Assembly (NCBI GenBank): GCA_035457485.1
Contig: DATIBO010000006.1
Coordinates: forward strand, 434,659 to 498,658
DNA from: Candidatus Saccharimonadales bacterium
Lineage (GTDB): Bacteria; Patescibacteriota; Saccharimonadia; Saccharimonadales; EFPC-124
DNA length: 64,000 bases
Direction: 5' to 3'
This document shows, piece by piece, positions 53,144-61,632 of the stretch (position 1 is the first letter of the stretch; every line of letters begins with the position of its first letter). The position numbers and the translations under genes are program-made. The notes beneath the pieces are model-generated. The model was not told where the DNA came from. It saw nothing but the letters and a program-made list of their open reading frames with translations, and made no database searches.

Positions 53144-53815
53144 CTAAGCCTTTATTTTGTCGGGCCGGTTTGTAATAATTCCGTCGACACCTATTTTTTT
53201 AAGAGACTGGGCGCGGCTAGGTGAATCGATCGTCCAGGCAAAAACAATTAAATTTTTATCCTTAGCTTTGGCCATAACGCGCTTTGTAATCGTTAAATAA
53301 TTAAAAACGACGGTACTTAGGGGAACCTTTGCTTTTAAAAAGCTGTAAGAGAATGCGCCGTGAATCAAACCGAGTTTAATCTTCGGGTTTAGCTTGTGTA
53401 CTTTCTCGAGGATTTTTAAATTAAATGAAGTAACTAAAAAATCTTCGTACGCTGCGTCTTTTTTAACTAACCGTTCAATATTTTCAACAACAGCCTCTTC
53501 GCAGCCACTACTTTTTATTTCGATATCGGCTTTGGCTTTGGGGTAAATTACATCTAAAGCCTCTTGTAGTGTTGGGATTTTTTGGTCAGCTTTGCCAACG
53601 TTTATTAATTTTGAATATGGAGTTTTTTTAATACTATTCCATTTAAAACCGGTACGCAGGGTGTTTGGATCGTGAATTACTACAACTTTGCCGTCTTTTG
53701 TGGCGCGAACGTCAAATTCAATCATATCTACGCCGGCTTGTAGTGCAGCCTCAAAGCCCTTGACTGTGTTTTCGGGCGCTATGCCGGCTGCACCTCGGTG
53801 GCCAATTATTTGCAT
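53144..53815 (-). CDS. glycerophosphodiester phosphodiesterase
   Basis: GHRGAAGIAPENT...IEFDVRATKDGKVVVIHD motifs. Confidence 0.85.
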   Translation of the reverse strand: MQIIGHRGAAGIAPENTVKGFEAALQAGVDMIEFDVRATKDGKVVVIHDPNTLRTGFKWNSIKKTPYSKLINVGKADQKIPTLQEALDVIYPKAKADIEIKSSGCEEAVVENIERLVKKDAAYEDFLVTSFNLKILEKVHKLNPKIKLGLIHGAFSYSFLKAKVPLSTVVFNYLTITKRVMAKAKDKNLIVFAWTIDSPSRAQSLKKIGVDGIITNRPDKIKA

Positions 53816-53925
53816 ACTATTATTATACTACGTAAAAACACGTCCGCGGGACTTTGGCGGGCAGGTACCTCATATTTTACCCTTGCTAAAATCTGGTATA
53901 ATGTTAAAAAACTAAGGAGTAATAA

Positions 53926-54453
53926 ATGCCTGATTTTAATAAAGTCCTGACCCCGGGTGACGTTAATAGTGGAATGATTAATACTGTGATTGAAATTCCG
54001 CAAGGTTCGTTCTTGAAAATCGAATGGAATCGTAAGGTCGCTGGATTTCAGCTTGACCGCGTTGAGCCATCGATCTTTGCAAAGCCAGTAAATTATGGCT
54101 TTATTCCGCAGACCCTAGACGAGGACGGCGATGAGCTCGACACTTTGGTTGTTAGCGACGAGCCAATCCCGACTGGCGTTTTTACAGAAGCTAAAATTAT
54201 TGGTATTTTGAATTTCGAAGACGACGGCGAAGCTGACCATAAAGTTGTATGTGTACCTGCAGATGATCGAAACACTGGCGATTCGATCAATAGCCTTGAT
54301 GACCTTGGCGCGCGCTGGAAGCAAAAGATCGAGCACCACTTTACCCACTACAAAGATCTAAAAAAACCAGGCTCAACCAAGGTTTTGGGTTGGGGCGACG
54401 CCGAAGAAGCTAAAAAAATCATCAACGAGTGTATCGAACGCTTCGGTAAATAA
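53926..54453 (+). CDS. ppa: inorganic pyrophosphatase (family I)
   Basis: NYGFIPQTL..DGD.LD and DHKV motifs. Confidence 0.9.
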   Translation: MPDFNKVLTPGDVNSGMINTVIEIPQGSFLKIEWNRKVAGFQLDRVEPSIFAKPVNYGFIPQTLDEDGDELDTLVVSDEPIPTGVFTEAKIIGILNFEDDGEADHKVVCVPADDRNTGDSINSLDDLGARWKQKIEHHFTHYKDLKKPGSTKVLGWGDAEEAKKIINECIERFGK

Positions 54454-54556
54454 TCAGTAAACGACTTTTAAGCTGAAAGAAGGACGCTTTGCTTGAAGTT
54501 TTTGCAATCTGGGCTACAATTAATCCAAAGAGGTAACGCTAATTTGGGGGTAGGTT

Positions 54557-55573
54557 ATGAAAATTAGAGTCGCGATCAACGGATTCGGACGGATCGGGCG
54601 CACAGCTTTTAAAGTTGCATTAGAGCGCTCAGATATAGAGATTGTTGCAGTCAATGATTTAACAGATGTCAAGACTTTGGGCCATTTACTAAAATACGAC
54701 AGCACATACGGGGTTTACCAGCATGACGTTAAGGCGTCGGACGGTGGCTTAACTGTGAATGGTCACCATTTTAAGGTTTTAGCCGAAAAAGACCCAGCAA
54801 ACTTACCTTGGGGAGCACATGGTGTTGATGTTGTGATCGAAAGTACTGGGCTTTTTGTTGATCCATCTAAGGCTAAAGCTCATATCGATCCTGCTGGGGC
54901 TAAAAAAGTTGTTATATCGGCGCCGGCCAAGGGCGAAGGTTCGAGCACGATCGTTTTAGGCGTTAACGAGGATGCAATTGCGGAATCTAAAGAAGTTGTA
55001 AGTAACGGTAGTTGTACTACAAACTGCGTAACGCCGGTGGCCGCGGTGATGGAAAGTCATTTGGGCGTAGAAAAAGCCATGATGACAACCGTTCATAGTT
55101 ATACGTCTGACCAACGCTTGCTAGATGCACCGCACAAAGATTTGCGTCGAGCTCGTTCTGCTGCCGAAAATATTGTTCCTACGACAACTGGTGCCGCCAA
55201 AGCTGTAGCCGAAGCACTACCTGCGTTTAAAGGAATCTTTGATGGGTTGGCGATTCGTGTTCCAACCCCTGTTGTAAGCTTGAGTGACTTTGTATTTTTG
55301 ACAAAACGCAACACTACAATAGAGGAAGTCAACGAGATTTTTAAGAAGGCATCCAAGGAGCCTTATTACCAAGGAATTTTGGCGGTCACGGATGAGCCAC
55401 TGGTTTCAAGTGATCTAAAAGGTAATAGCCACTCGGCTATTGTTGATTTAGGTCTAACGAATGTCGTTGGTGGAAATATGGTTAAGGTCGTTGCATGGTA
55501 TGACAACGAATGGGGCTACAGTAACCGTTTAGTTGAGCTAGTCGCTGATTTAGGAAAGACGTTACACAAATAA
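54557..55573 (+). CDS. gap: type I glyceraldehyde-3-phosphate dehydrogenase
   Basis: INGFGRIGR, the catalytic SCTTNC and WYDNEWGYS. Confidence 0.95.
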   Translation: MKIRVAINGFGRIGRTAFKVALERSDIEIVAVNDLTDVKTLGHLLKYDSTYGVYQHDVKASDGGLTVNGHHFKVLAEKDPANLPWGAHGVDVVIESTGLFVDPSKAKAHIDPAGAKKVVISAPAKGEGSSTIVLGVNEDAIAESKEVVSNGSCTTNCVTPVAAVMESHLGVEKAMMTTVHSYTSDQRLLDAPHKDLRRARSAAENIVPTTTGAAKAVAEALPAFKGIFDGLAIRVPTPVVSLSDFVFLTKRNTTIEEVNEIFKKASKEPYYQGILAVTDEPLVSSDLKGNSHSAIVDLGLTNVVGGNMVKVVAWYDNEWGYSNRLVELVADLGKTLHK

Positions 55574-56022
55574 TGAAGATTTACTTAGCGTCGGACCATG
55601 CTGGTTTTCAGTTGAAAGAAAAAGTTGAGGCGCATTTACTAAAAGCTGGCTATGATGTGGAAGATGTAGGCAACAAACACTTAGATCCAGATGACGATTA
55701 TCCTCAGTTTGCCTATGCTGCGGCAGCTAAAATTTTAGGCAGCGAGCATGACGACGCCAAGGCGATTCTAATTTGCGGTAGTGGACAAGGTATGTGCATT
55801 GCGGCAAACCGTGTGCGTGGGATTAGAGCTGCGCTTTGTTGGGACGAAGCCAGCGCGCGCGAAACCCGCAATGACAACGACAGTAACGTTTTATGTGTAC
55901 CAGCTCGTGTTTTGCAAACTGATGAAGCTTTTAAAATGATTGATACTTGGATTAAAACCCCATTCTCAAATGCACCACGGCATGCGCGACGGCTGCGTGA
56001 AATCGAGGAGCTTTACGGATGA
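55573..56022 (+). CDS. rpiB: ribose-5-phosphate isomerase B
   Basis: LICGSGQGMCIAANR and NVLC motifs. Confidence 0.9.
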   Translation: MKIYLASDHAGFQLKEKVEAHLLKAGYDVEDVGNKHLDPDDDYPQFAYAAAAKILGSEHDDAKAILICGSGQGMCIAANRVRGIRAALCWDEASARETRNDNDSNVLCVPARVLQTDEAFKMIDTWIKTPFSNAPRHARRLREIEELYG

Positions 56023-56660
56023 TAGCTCCGTGCGTCACTGCTGTTGATGCAGCTCAATATCGTGAGCAAATGGCTCGGATAGCCCCATTCGCTACAAGGA
56101 TTCACATTGACGTAAGTGATGGGCAATTTGCTCCTATTAAGCTTGTAAATCCAGCTCAAGTCTATTGGCCCGAAGGCGCTTCGGCTGATATTCATTTGAT
56201 GGTTCGTAATCCTATAGAACACCTCGAAACTTTAATTGGAATGAATCCGAATTTGGTTATTATTCATGCTGAATCCCAGGGCGATTTGCTAGGAATGATC
56301 CGTCAGCTTAGGGCGGTGCGCATTAAAACCGGCGTGGCACTTCTGCAACAAACTCTACCAGAGCAGGCCAAAGAATTGGTCGCTGATTGTGATCATATTT
56401 TGATTTTTAGTGGAGACTTAGGACATTTCGGCGGCAGCGCAGATCTGAGTTTGCTTAGTAAGATCTCGCAGATTAAATCTATAAACCCCAACGCTGAGGT
56501 TGCGTGGGACGGCGGAGCCAGCCTCGAAAATGTCGCACAGCTTAGTGGTGGCGGCGTTGATGTGATAAATGTCGGTGGGGCGATTCAAAAATCAGAAGAT
56601 CCGGCAGGTGCTTATAAAGCTTTAGTCGAGGCGAGCAAAGTTATTGCGCCTCAAGTTTGA
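56019..56660 (+). CDS. rpe: ribulose-phosphate 3-epimerase-like protein (divergent)
   Basis: HIDVSDGQFAP, DIHLMV and AWDGGA are equivalents of the RPE motifs. Confidence 0.65.
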   Translation: MIAPCVTAVDAAQYREQMARIAPFATRIHIDVSDGQFAPIKLVNPAQVYWPEGASADIHLMVRNPIEHLETLIGMNPNLVIIHAESQGDLLGMIRQLRAVRIKTGVALLQQTLPEQAKELVADCDHILIFSGDLGHFGGSADLSLLSKISQIKSINPNAEVAWDGGASLENVAQLSGGGVDVINVGGAIQKSEDPAGAYKALVEASKVIAPQV

Positions 56661-56689
56661 TAATTGATTTACGCTCAGGAGTGCGGGTT

Positions 56690-56714
56690 GGGCGCGAGCA
56701 TTACGCTCGCGCCC
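56690..56714 (-). terminator. GC-rich hairpin after island 5 gene, no U tract
   Basis: GGGCGCGAGC-attac-GCTCGCGCCC, extended by an outer GCGGG/CCCGC pairing. Confidence 0.5.
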
Positions 56715-56733
56715 GCCTCCCGCGAAAGCGCAG

Positions 56734-57135
56734 TCAGCTGATCGTTCGAGCGTTGGTCATCAGACCGTACCCGAGCAGCAGTGTCGCGATGTGGGCGATC
56801 AAGGACTCAGCGGCCTTGAGAACCTGTTCGGCGTCACCGGGTCCGGTGTAGCTGTTCTTGAGTAGGTCGACGTCGTAACGGTCGCTGAGCGCACGAAGGA
56901 TGGTGATGGATCCGTTGGTCATGGCGACCAGCGTCTTCCAGTCCTCTCCGAATGTGAGCTCGAGTACGAAGTTTTTCGAGTCCAGGCTGCCCTGAAGCAG
57001 CGCTGCACGGATGACTTCGGGGTTCAGGAGAAGTCGGGGATCGGTGAGATAGTTCACCAATAACCCAACGACTCGCTTGAACGTTTTGACCCGATTGGCA
57101 TTGCTGCCAGGTTCGAGCTCCAAGATTGCGGCCAT
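56734..57135 (-). CDS. hypothetical protein (133 aa), high-GC gene
   Basis: ATG at 57135 preceded by GGAGAGGAG. The track start at 57195 lies in the AT-rich promoter and adds a compositionally different 20-aa extension. No family recognised. Confidence 0.55.
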   Translation of the reverse strand: MAAILELEPGSNANRVKTFKRVVGLLVNYLTDPRLLLNPEVIRAALLQGSLDSKNFVLELTFGEDWKTLVAMTNGSITILRALSDRYDVDLLKNSYTGPGDAEQVLKAAESLIAHIATLLLGYGLMTNARTIS

Positions 57136-57166
57136 TTGCCACTCACTCCTCTCCTGAGCGAAATAT

Positions 57167-57195
57167 ATTATATAACTTTTTTTACGTTTATTCAA
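57167..57195 (-). promoter_or_regulatory. sigma70-like promoter abutting island 5
   Basis: Minus strand: TTGAAT (57195..57190), N17, TATAAT (57172..57167). Confidence 0.45.
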
Positions 57196-57244
57196 ACATA
57201 GTGCTATTCAAAAAATGCGGCAAACAAGTATAATCATAAGCAGT

Positions 57245-58126
57245 ATGAGTCTTACTACTATTCAACTTGAAAAAAAGGCCAACGAGATTCGGATGGATCT
57301 TATTAAGATGTTGGTTAAGGCTGGGAGCGGACATTCTGCGGGACCACTGGATTTGGCTGACATTTTTACGGCAATGTATTTTAATATACTAAAACATGAC
57401 CCTAAAAATCCTGACTGGCAAGATCGTGATTTGCTAATTTTAAGTAATGGTCATTGTGTTCCGGTTCGTTATGTAACGATGGCGCATTCTGGATATTTTC
57501 CTAAATCCGAACTTGATACTCTCCGCAAATTCGGTAGTAGATTGCAGGGTCACCCGGAGCGGGTGCGTTTGCCGGGAATGGAGACCACCTCAGGTCCTCT
57601 AGGCTCAGGAATCAGTCAGGCGGCAGGAATGGCTCTCGCGCTTAAGACCGAAGCAAAGCGACACAGATGGGTTTATTGTATTGCTAGCGATGGCGAACTG
57701 AACGAAGGTAACAGCTGGGAAGGCATAATGTTCGCTGCAAAATACAAGCTGAGTAATTTAATAGTAATAGTTGATCGCAACAATATTCAGATTGACGGTA
57801 ACACCGAAGATATTATGCCTCTAGAAAATCTCCACGAAAAATGGGAGTCATTTGGCTGGCATGTGCAAGAAATCGACGGACATAATATGGACAGTATTAT
57901 AGATGCTTGCAGCATGGCGCGCGCCGTTGAAAACCGACCAAGTGTAATTATTGCGCATACGATTCCGGGAAAGGGTGTTGGGTACATGGAGTATGACTAT
58001 CATTGGCACGGAACACCACCAAATAAATCCGAAATGGCTGGCGCACCTTCAGTTAAGGATCAAGCAAGAGTTGCATTAAACGATTTGCGTACTTTGGGCG
58101 GCAGAATTACAGGAGAACACCAATAA
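57245..58126 (+). CDS. transketolase, N-terminal (TPP-binding) subunit
   Basis: GSGHSAGPLD, GSRLQGHPE and DGELNEG motifs. TTCAAA-N16-TATAAT (57207-57234) places the TSS after the ATG at 57215, so the ATG at 57245 is preferred. Confidence 0.9.
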   Translation: MSLTTIQLEKKANEIRMDLIKMLVKAGSGHSAGPLDLADIFTAMYFNILKHDPKNPDWQDRDLLILSNGHCVPVRYVTMAHSGYFPKSELDTLRKFGSRLQGHPERVRLPGMETTSGPLGSGISQAAGMALALKTEAKRHRWVYCIASDGELNEGNSWEGIMFAAKYKLSNLIVIVDRNNIQIDGNTEDIMPLENLHEKWESFGWHVQEIDGHNMDSIIDACSMARAVENRPSVIIAHTIPGKGVGYMEYDYHWHGTPPNKSEMAGAPSVKDQARVALNDLRTLGGRITGEHQ

Positions 58127-59109
58127 TGCATTTAGTCAAAAATATCGGCGATAAAGATATAAAACAAGAAGCAAATCGCAAAGGTTTCGGTCGTGGGCTG
58201 CTCGAGGCAGGTAGGCAAGACAATAAAATTGTTGCGCTATGTGCCGATCTAACCGAATCTACTCAGATTTTACATTTTGCCGAAGCTTTCCCTGAGAGAT
58301 ATTTTAACGTAGGTGTTGCCGAGCAGAACCTTGTGACGGTGGCGAGTGGTATGGCTGCCATGGGTAAAATACCTTTTGCAAGTAGCTACGCAGCTTTTTG
58401 TCCGGGGCGATGCTGGGAACAGATTCGTACAACGATTGCGTTGAATGAACAGCCAGTGAAGCTTATTGGCTCACACGCTGGAATTAGTGTTGGTCCAGAC
58501 GGAGCGACTCACCAGATGCTAGAAGATATCGCTCTTATGCGAACTATGCCTAATATGGTTGTGGTTGCTCCCTCTGATAGCATCGAGGCCGAGAAAGCCA
58601 CAAAGGCGATTGCAAAAGTTAATAACGCGGTTTACATGAGATTATCGCGCGCAGATAGTCCAGTTTTTACGACCGAGCAAACACCATTTGAGCTAGGCAA
58701 GGCTTATATATATCACGAGGGGGCGGACATCGCGATAATGGCTACGGGGACCATGACTTATCAAGCTCTAGTTGCTGCAAAAGTTTTAAAAGACAGCGGA
58801 ATTAGTGCCTTGGTTTTACATGTTCCAACTATAAAGCCATTAGACGAAAGTGCTGTAGTTGAGGCTGCGAAAAAATGTGGACGAGTCGTAACGGTAGAAG
58901 AGGCTCAGATTGCTGGTGGATTCGGTAGTGCGGTCACCGAACTTTTGAGTGAGTTTTTGCCAATGCCAATTTTACGATTGGGCATGAAAGATCGTTTTGG
59001 TGAATCTGGCGAACCAAATGAGTTGCTAGATCATTTCGGTTTGCTGGGCGAACATATTGCTAAGAGCGCAAAACAATGGTGCGAAAGAATGCCTCAGTTC
59101 TACAGGTAA
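58126..59109 (+). CDS. transketolase, C-terminal (pyrimidine-binding) subunit
   Basis: VGVAEQNLV and HAGISVGPDGATHQ motifs. Confidence 0.9.
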   Translation: MHLVKNIGDKDIKQEANRKGFGRGLLEAGRQDNKIVALCADLTESTQILHFAEAFPERYFNVGVAEQNLVTVASGMAAMGKIPFASSYAAFCPGRCWEQIRTTIALNEQPVKLIGSHAGISVGPDGATHQMLEDIALMRTMPNMVVVAPSDSIEAEKATKAIAKVNNAVYMRLSRADSPVFTTEQTPFELGKAYIYHEGADIAIMATGTMTYQALVAAKVLKDSGISALVLHVPTIKPLDESAVVEAAKKCGRVVTVEEAQIAGGFGSAVTELLSEFLPMPILRLGMKDRFGESGEPNELLDHFGLLGEHIAKSAKQWCERMPQFYR

Positions 59110-59114
59110 AATTT

Positions 59115-59768
59115 ATGCAAAATAACGAGCAAAATAATGATAATTCGCCCATAAAACTACACGGACTGGATCTAAGCACTAAGCCGGGTCTTAATTTGAG
59201 CAATAAATCAGAATCTAAACTCAGCGTTGTGCTAATGGGGGCGATTATTTTATTCGGGCTTTCGCTAATTGCCGGTGGGCTTTTTGCTTATTTTTACTTT
59301 TTTGCGCCCGATCCGGAGGAGCTGCCGGCCGTCGTTGACCCGCGTAATTCAACAACCGTCGACAAGGTGGAGTGGATCGCCCCACAGATACCGGCTAACT
59401 ACGTGATTCAAAATCAAAAGACTGACACTTCTGATATTTTCGTCTACCAAGACGATGCTTCGGGTTGTAAGGTTACTACCAAAGTTGAGCCGGTCACCCA
59501 GAATAAGGAAAACTCCGGTCAGCCATATTACGTAAGGGATATTGACGCAGTGCATGAGTATGAGTTTGGGTCAGAACCGGTTAGCCAGGATGTAGGCGCT
59601 TCTGGTGTGGATATAAGTAAGCTAGAAGGCGTAAATATTTATAAGCAGTTTAATTACCAACTTGCCTCCGTTAGCTATGTGTGCAAGTCGGTTGTTTTGG
59701 ATGCAAAAAAGGCTGAACTAGAAGAGTTTATAAAACAATTTATGGTTAAAACCGAAAGGGCTACATGA
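59115..59768 (+). CDS. hypothetical membrane-anchored protein
   Basis: One TM helix. ATG at 59115 preferred over the overlapping track start at 59076. Confidence 0.45.
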   Translation: MQNNEQNNDNSPIKLHGLDLSTKPGLNLSNKSESKLSVVLMGAIILFGLSLIAGGLFAYFYFFAPDPEELPAVVDPRNSTTVDKVEWIAPQIPANYVIQNQKTDTSDIFVYQDDASGCKVTTKVEPVTQNKENSGQPYYVRDIDAVHEYEFGSEPVSQDVGASGVDISKLEGVNIYKQFNYQLASVSYVCKSVVLDAKKAELEEFIKQFMVKTERAT

Positions 59769-60670
59769 GCATAAAACAAATTCGCGACAACTGTGTAAGA
59801 GCTAGGCATTTAATGATGCGGTCGCGTCAACAGCATTTTGCGGTTGGAGCCTTTAATATCGACAACCAAGAAACATTAATTGCGGTTTGTCGAGCTGCTC
59901 AGGCCAGAAAATCACCAGTCTTGGTGGAGGTTAGTCAAGGCGAAGTTGACGCGATGGGACTGGAAAATATTCGTGATTTAGTTGATAACTATAAAATTGA
60001 GTATGGTCTAGAAATGTATATAAATCTAGATCACAGTCCGAGTGTTGAAGCAGCCAAGATGGGAATTGATGCTGGTTTTGAATTTATTCACATTGATGTG
60101 AGCCAAGAACGGCATGACGCCACGGATGAGGAGATCGTCGCCGCAACCAAAGAAGTTGTAAATTACGCAAAATTTACAGGCGCGCTAGTAGAAAGTGAGC
60201 CACACTATTTTGCGGGCAGCTCAAATTTGCACACCGAAAAAATCGACTACGATGAGATTAAGAAAACATTCTCTACCCCAGAAGGTGCAAAAACTTTTGT
60301 AGATGCAACTGGGATTGATACGTTTGCGGCAGCGATTGGTAATTTGCACGGAAAATATCCTGTTCCAAAGGAATTAGATTTAGAGTTGCTGCAAAAAATT
60401 CGCCAGGCAATTAGTTGCAACATTAGTTTGCATGGCGGCAGTGGAACGCCAGGTCACTACTTTACTGAGGCTGCAAAAATTGGTGTAAGCAAAATTAACA
60501 TAAATTCAGACATGCGCTTTGCCTTTAGAAAAACCTTAGAAAAGGTGCTTGCCGAGAATCCGGATGAATACGCCGTAGTTAAGCTAATGCCCGAGGTTTA
60601 CAAAGAGGTCCAGAAGGTTGTAGAAGAAAAAATTACCACCTTTGGTTCAGAAGGTAAAATGGTTGTATGA
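59765..60670 (+). CDS. fba: class II fructose/tagatose-bisphosphate aldolase
   Basis: AFNI.N.E, LDHS, NLHG, SLHGGSG and KININSD motifs. Confidence 0.9.
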   Translation: MSIKQIRDNCVRARHLMMRSRQQHFAVGAFNIDNQETLIAVCRAAQARKSPVLVEVSQGEVDAMGLENIRDLVDNYKIEYGLEMYINLDHSPSVEAAKMGIDAGFEFIHIDVSQERHDATDEEIVAATKEVVNYAKFTGALVESEPHYFAGSSNLHTEKIDYDEIKKTFSTPEGAKTFVDATGIDTFAAAIGNLHGKYPVPKELDLELLQKIRQAISCNISLHGGSGTPGHYFTEAAKIGVSKININSDMRFAFRKTLEKVLAENPDEYAVVKLMPEVYKEVQKVVEEKITTFGSEGKMVV

Positions 60671-61632
60671 TCCCGCGACTGAGGATGTTGTGCATAGGTA
60701 CGGCAACGCAAGATGTATTTTTGCGTGGCGATATTTTTAAGGGTAAGCGCGAGAACGGCGAAATGTTTGCGCACATCCCTTTGGGTGAAAAACTCGATGT
60801 TGATGAAGTAGTTTTTACTACTGGCGGAAACGCGGCCAATGCCTCGGTTACTTTTGCGAGACAAGGATTGGACAGTAATTTTATGGGGGTGATTGGGACT
60901 GATCCGGCAGGTGAAGCAGTGCTAAGAGATCTTGACGCGGAATCTGTTGGGACTAGCCATCTGAAACAGAAAGATGATTTTAAAACTGGCTACAGTACTG
61001 TGCTTCTTGCGCCAAACGGCGAACGAACTATACTACGAAATCATGGCAACGTGATAAATGCCGATGGATCAGATATTGATCTGGACGCGATCGCGAAAGC
61101 CGATTGGTTATATTTATCTTCGCTAGGGTCGATGAGTTTGCTCGAAAAAGTCATCAGTCTTGCGGGCAAAAATGGGGTTCAAGTCGCCATTAATCCCGGC
61201 ACGATGGAGCTTCGGCAAGCTTCGAAGTTACGCGATATGCTGGCCGATGTTGCGGTTTTGATTACCAACAAAGAAGAAATGCAGGAATTGGTCGAAGGGA
61301 AAACTGCCGAAGAGTTGCTGAGGCATGCAGCACAACTTGTGCCGACGGTGTTGATTTCGGATGGTCCGCGAGGCTCAATTGCTACAGATGGTAAAAAAAT
61401 CGTAAAAGCTGGAATGTATAAGGACGTAAAAGTTGTAGACAGATTAGGCGCGGGCGATGCATTTGGCAGCGGGTTTGTTGCTAAATTTGCCCAAGGCGCT
61501 AGTTTGGCCGACGCTGTGGTTTTTGCTAGCGCGAATTCGACGTCTGTTGTTACAAAAATTGGCGCAAAAGCCGGGATCTTACATGCTGGCACAAAACTTA
61601 GCAAAATGCCGATACAAGAAAAGGATTTTTAA
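60667..61632 (+). CDS. PfkB/ribokinase family sugar kinase
   Basis: GGNAANA and DRLGAGDAFGSGF motifs. Confidence 0.8.
   Translation: MIPRLRMLCIGTATQDVFLRGDIFKGKRENGEMFAHIPLGEKLDVDEVVFTTGGNAANASVTFARQGLDSNFMGVIGTDPAGEAVLRDLDAESVGTSHLKQKDDFKTGYSTVLLAPNGERTILRNHGNVINADGSDIDLDAIAKADWLYLSSLGSMSLLEKVISLAGKNGVQVAINPGTMELRQASKLRDMLADVAVLITNKEEMQELVEGKTAEELLRHAAQLVPTVLISDGPRGSIATDGKKIVKAGMYKDVKVVDRLGAGDAFGSGFVAKFAQGASLADAVVFASANSTSVVTKIGAKAGILHAGTKLSKMPIQEKDF

Larger units (their letters stand above)
56675..57160. other. high-GC island 5 inside the pentose-phosphate gene cluster
   Basis: 36 G+C of 60 at 56881-56940. Lies between rpe and the transketolase genes. Confidence 0.75.

Noticed and set aside
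56657-57195. ORFs 56657-56851 (plus) and 56834-57142 (minus), and the ATG at 57195 as the start of the cassette 5 gene.
   Set aside because: The first two are off-frame artefacts. The 57195 start lies inside the AT-rich -35 element and adds 20 residues of different composition. The ATG at 57135 has a GGAGAGGAG RBS.
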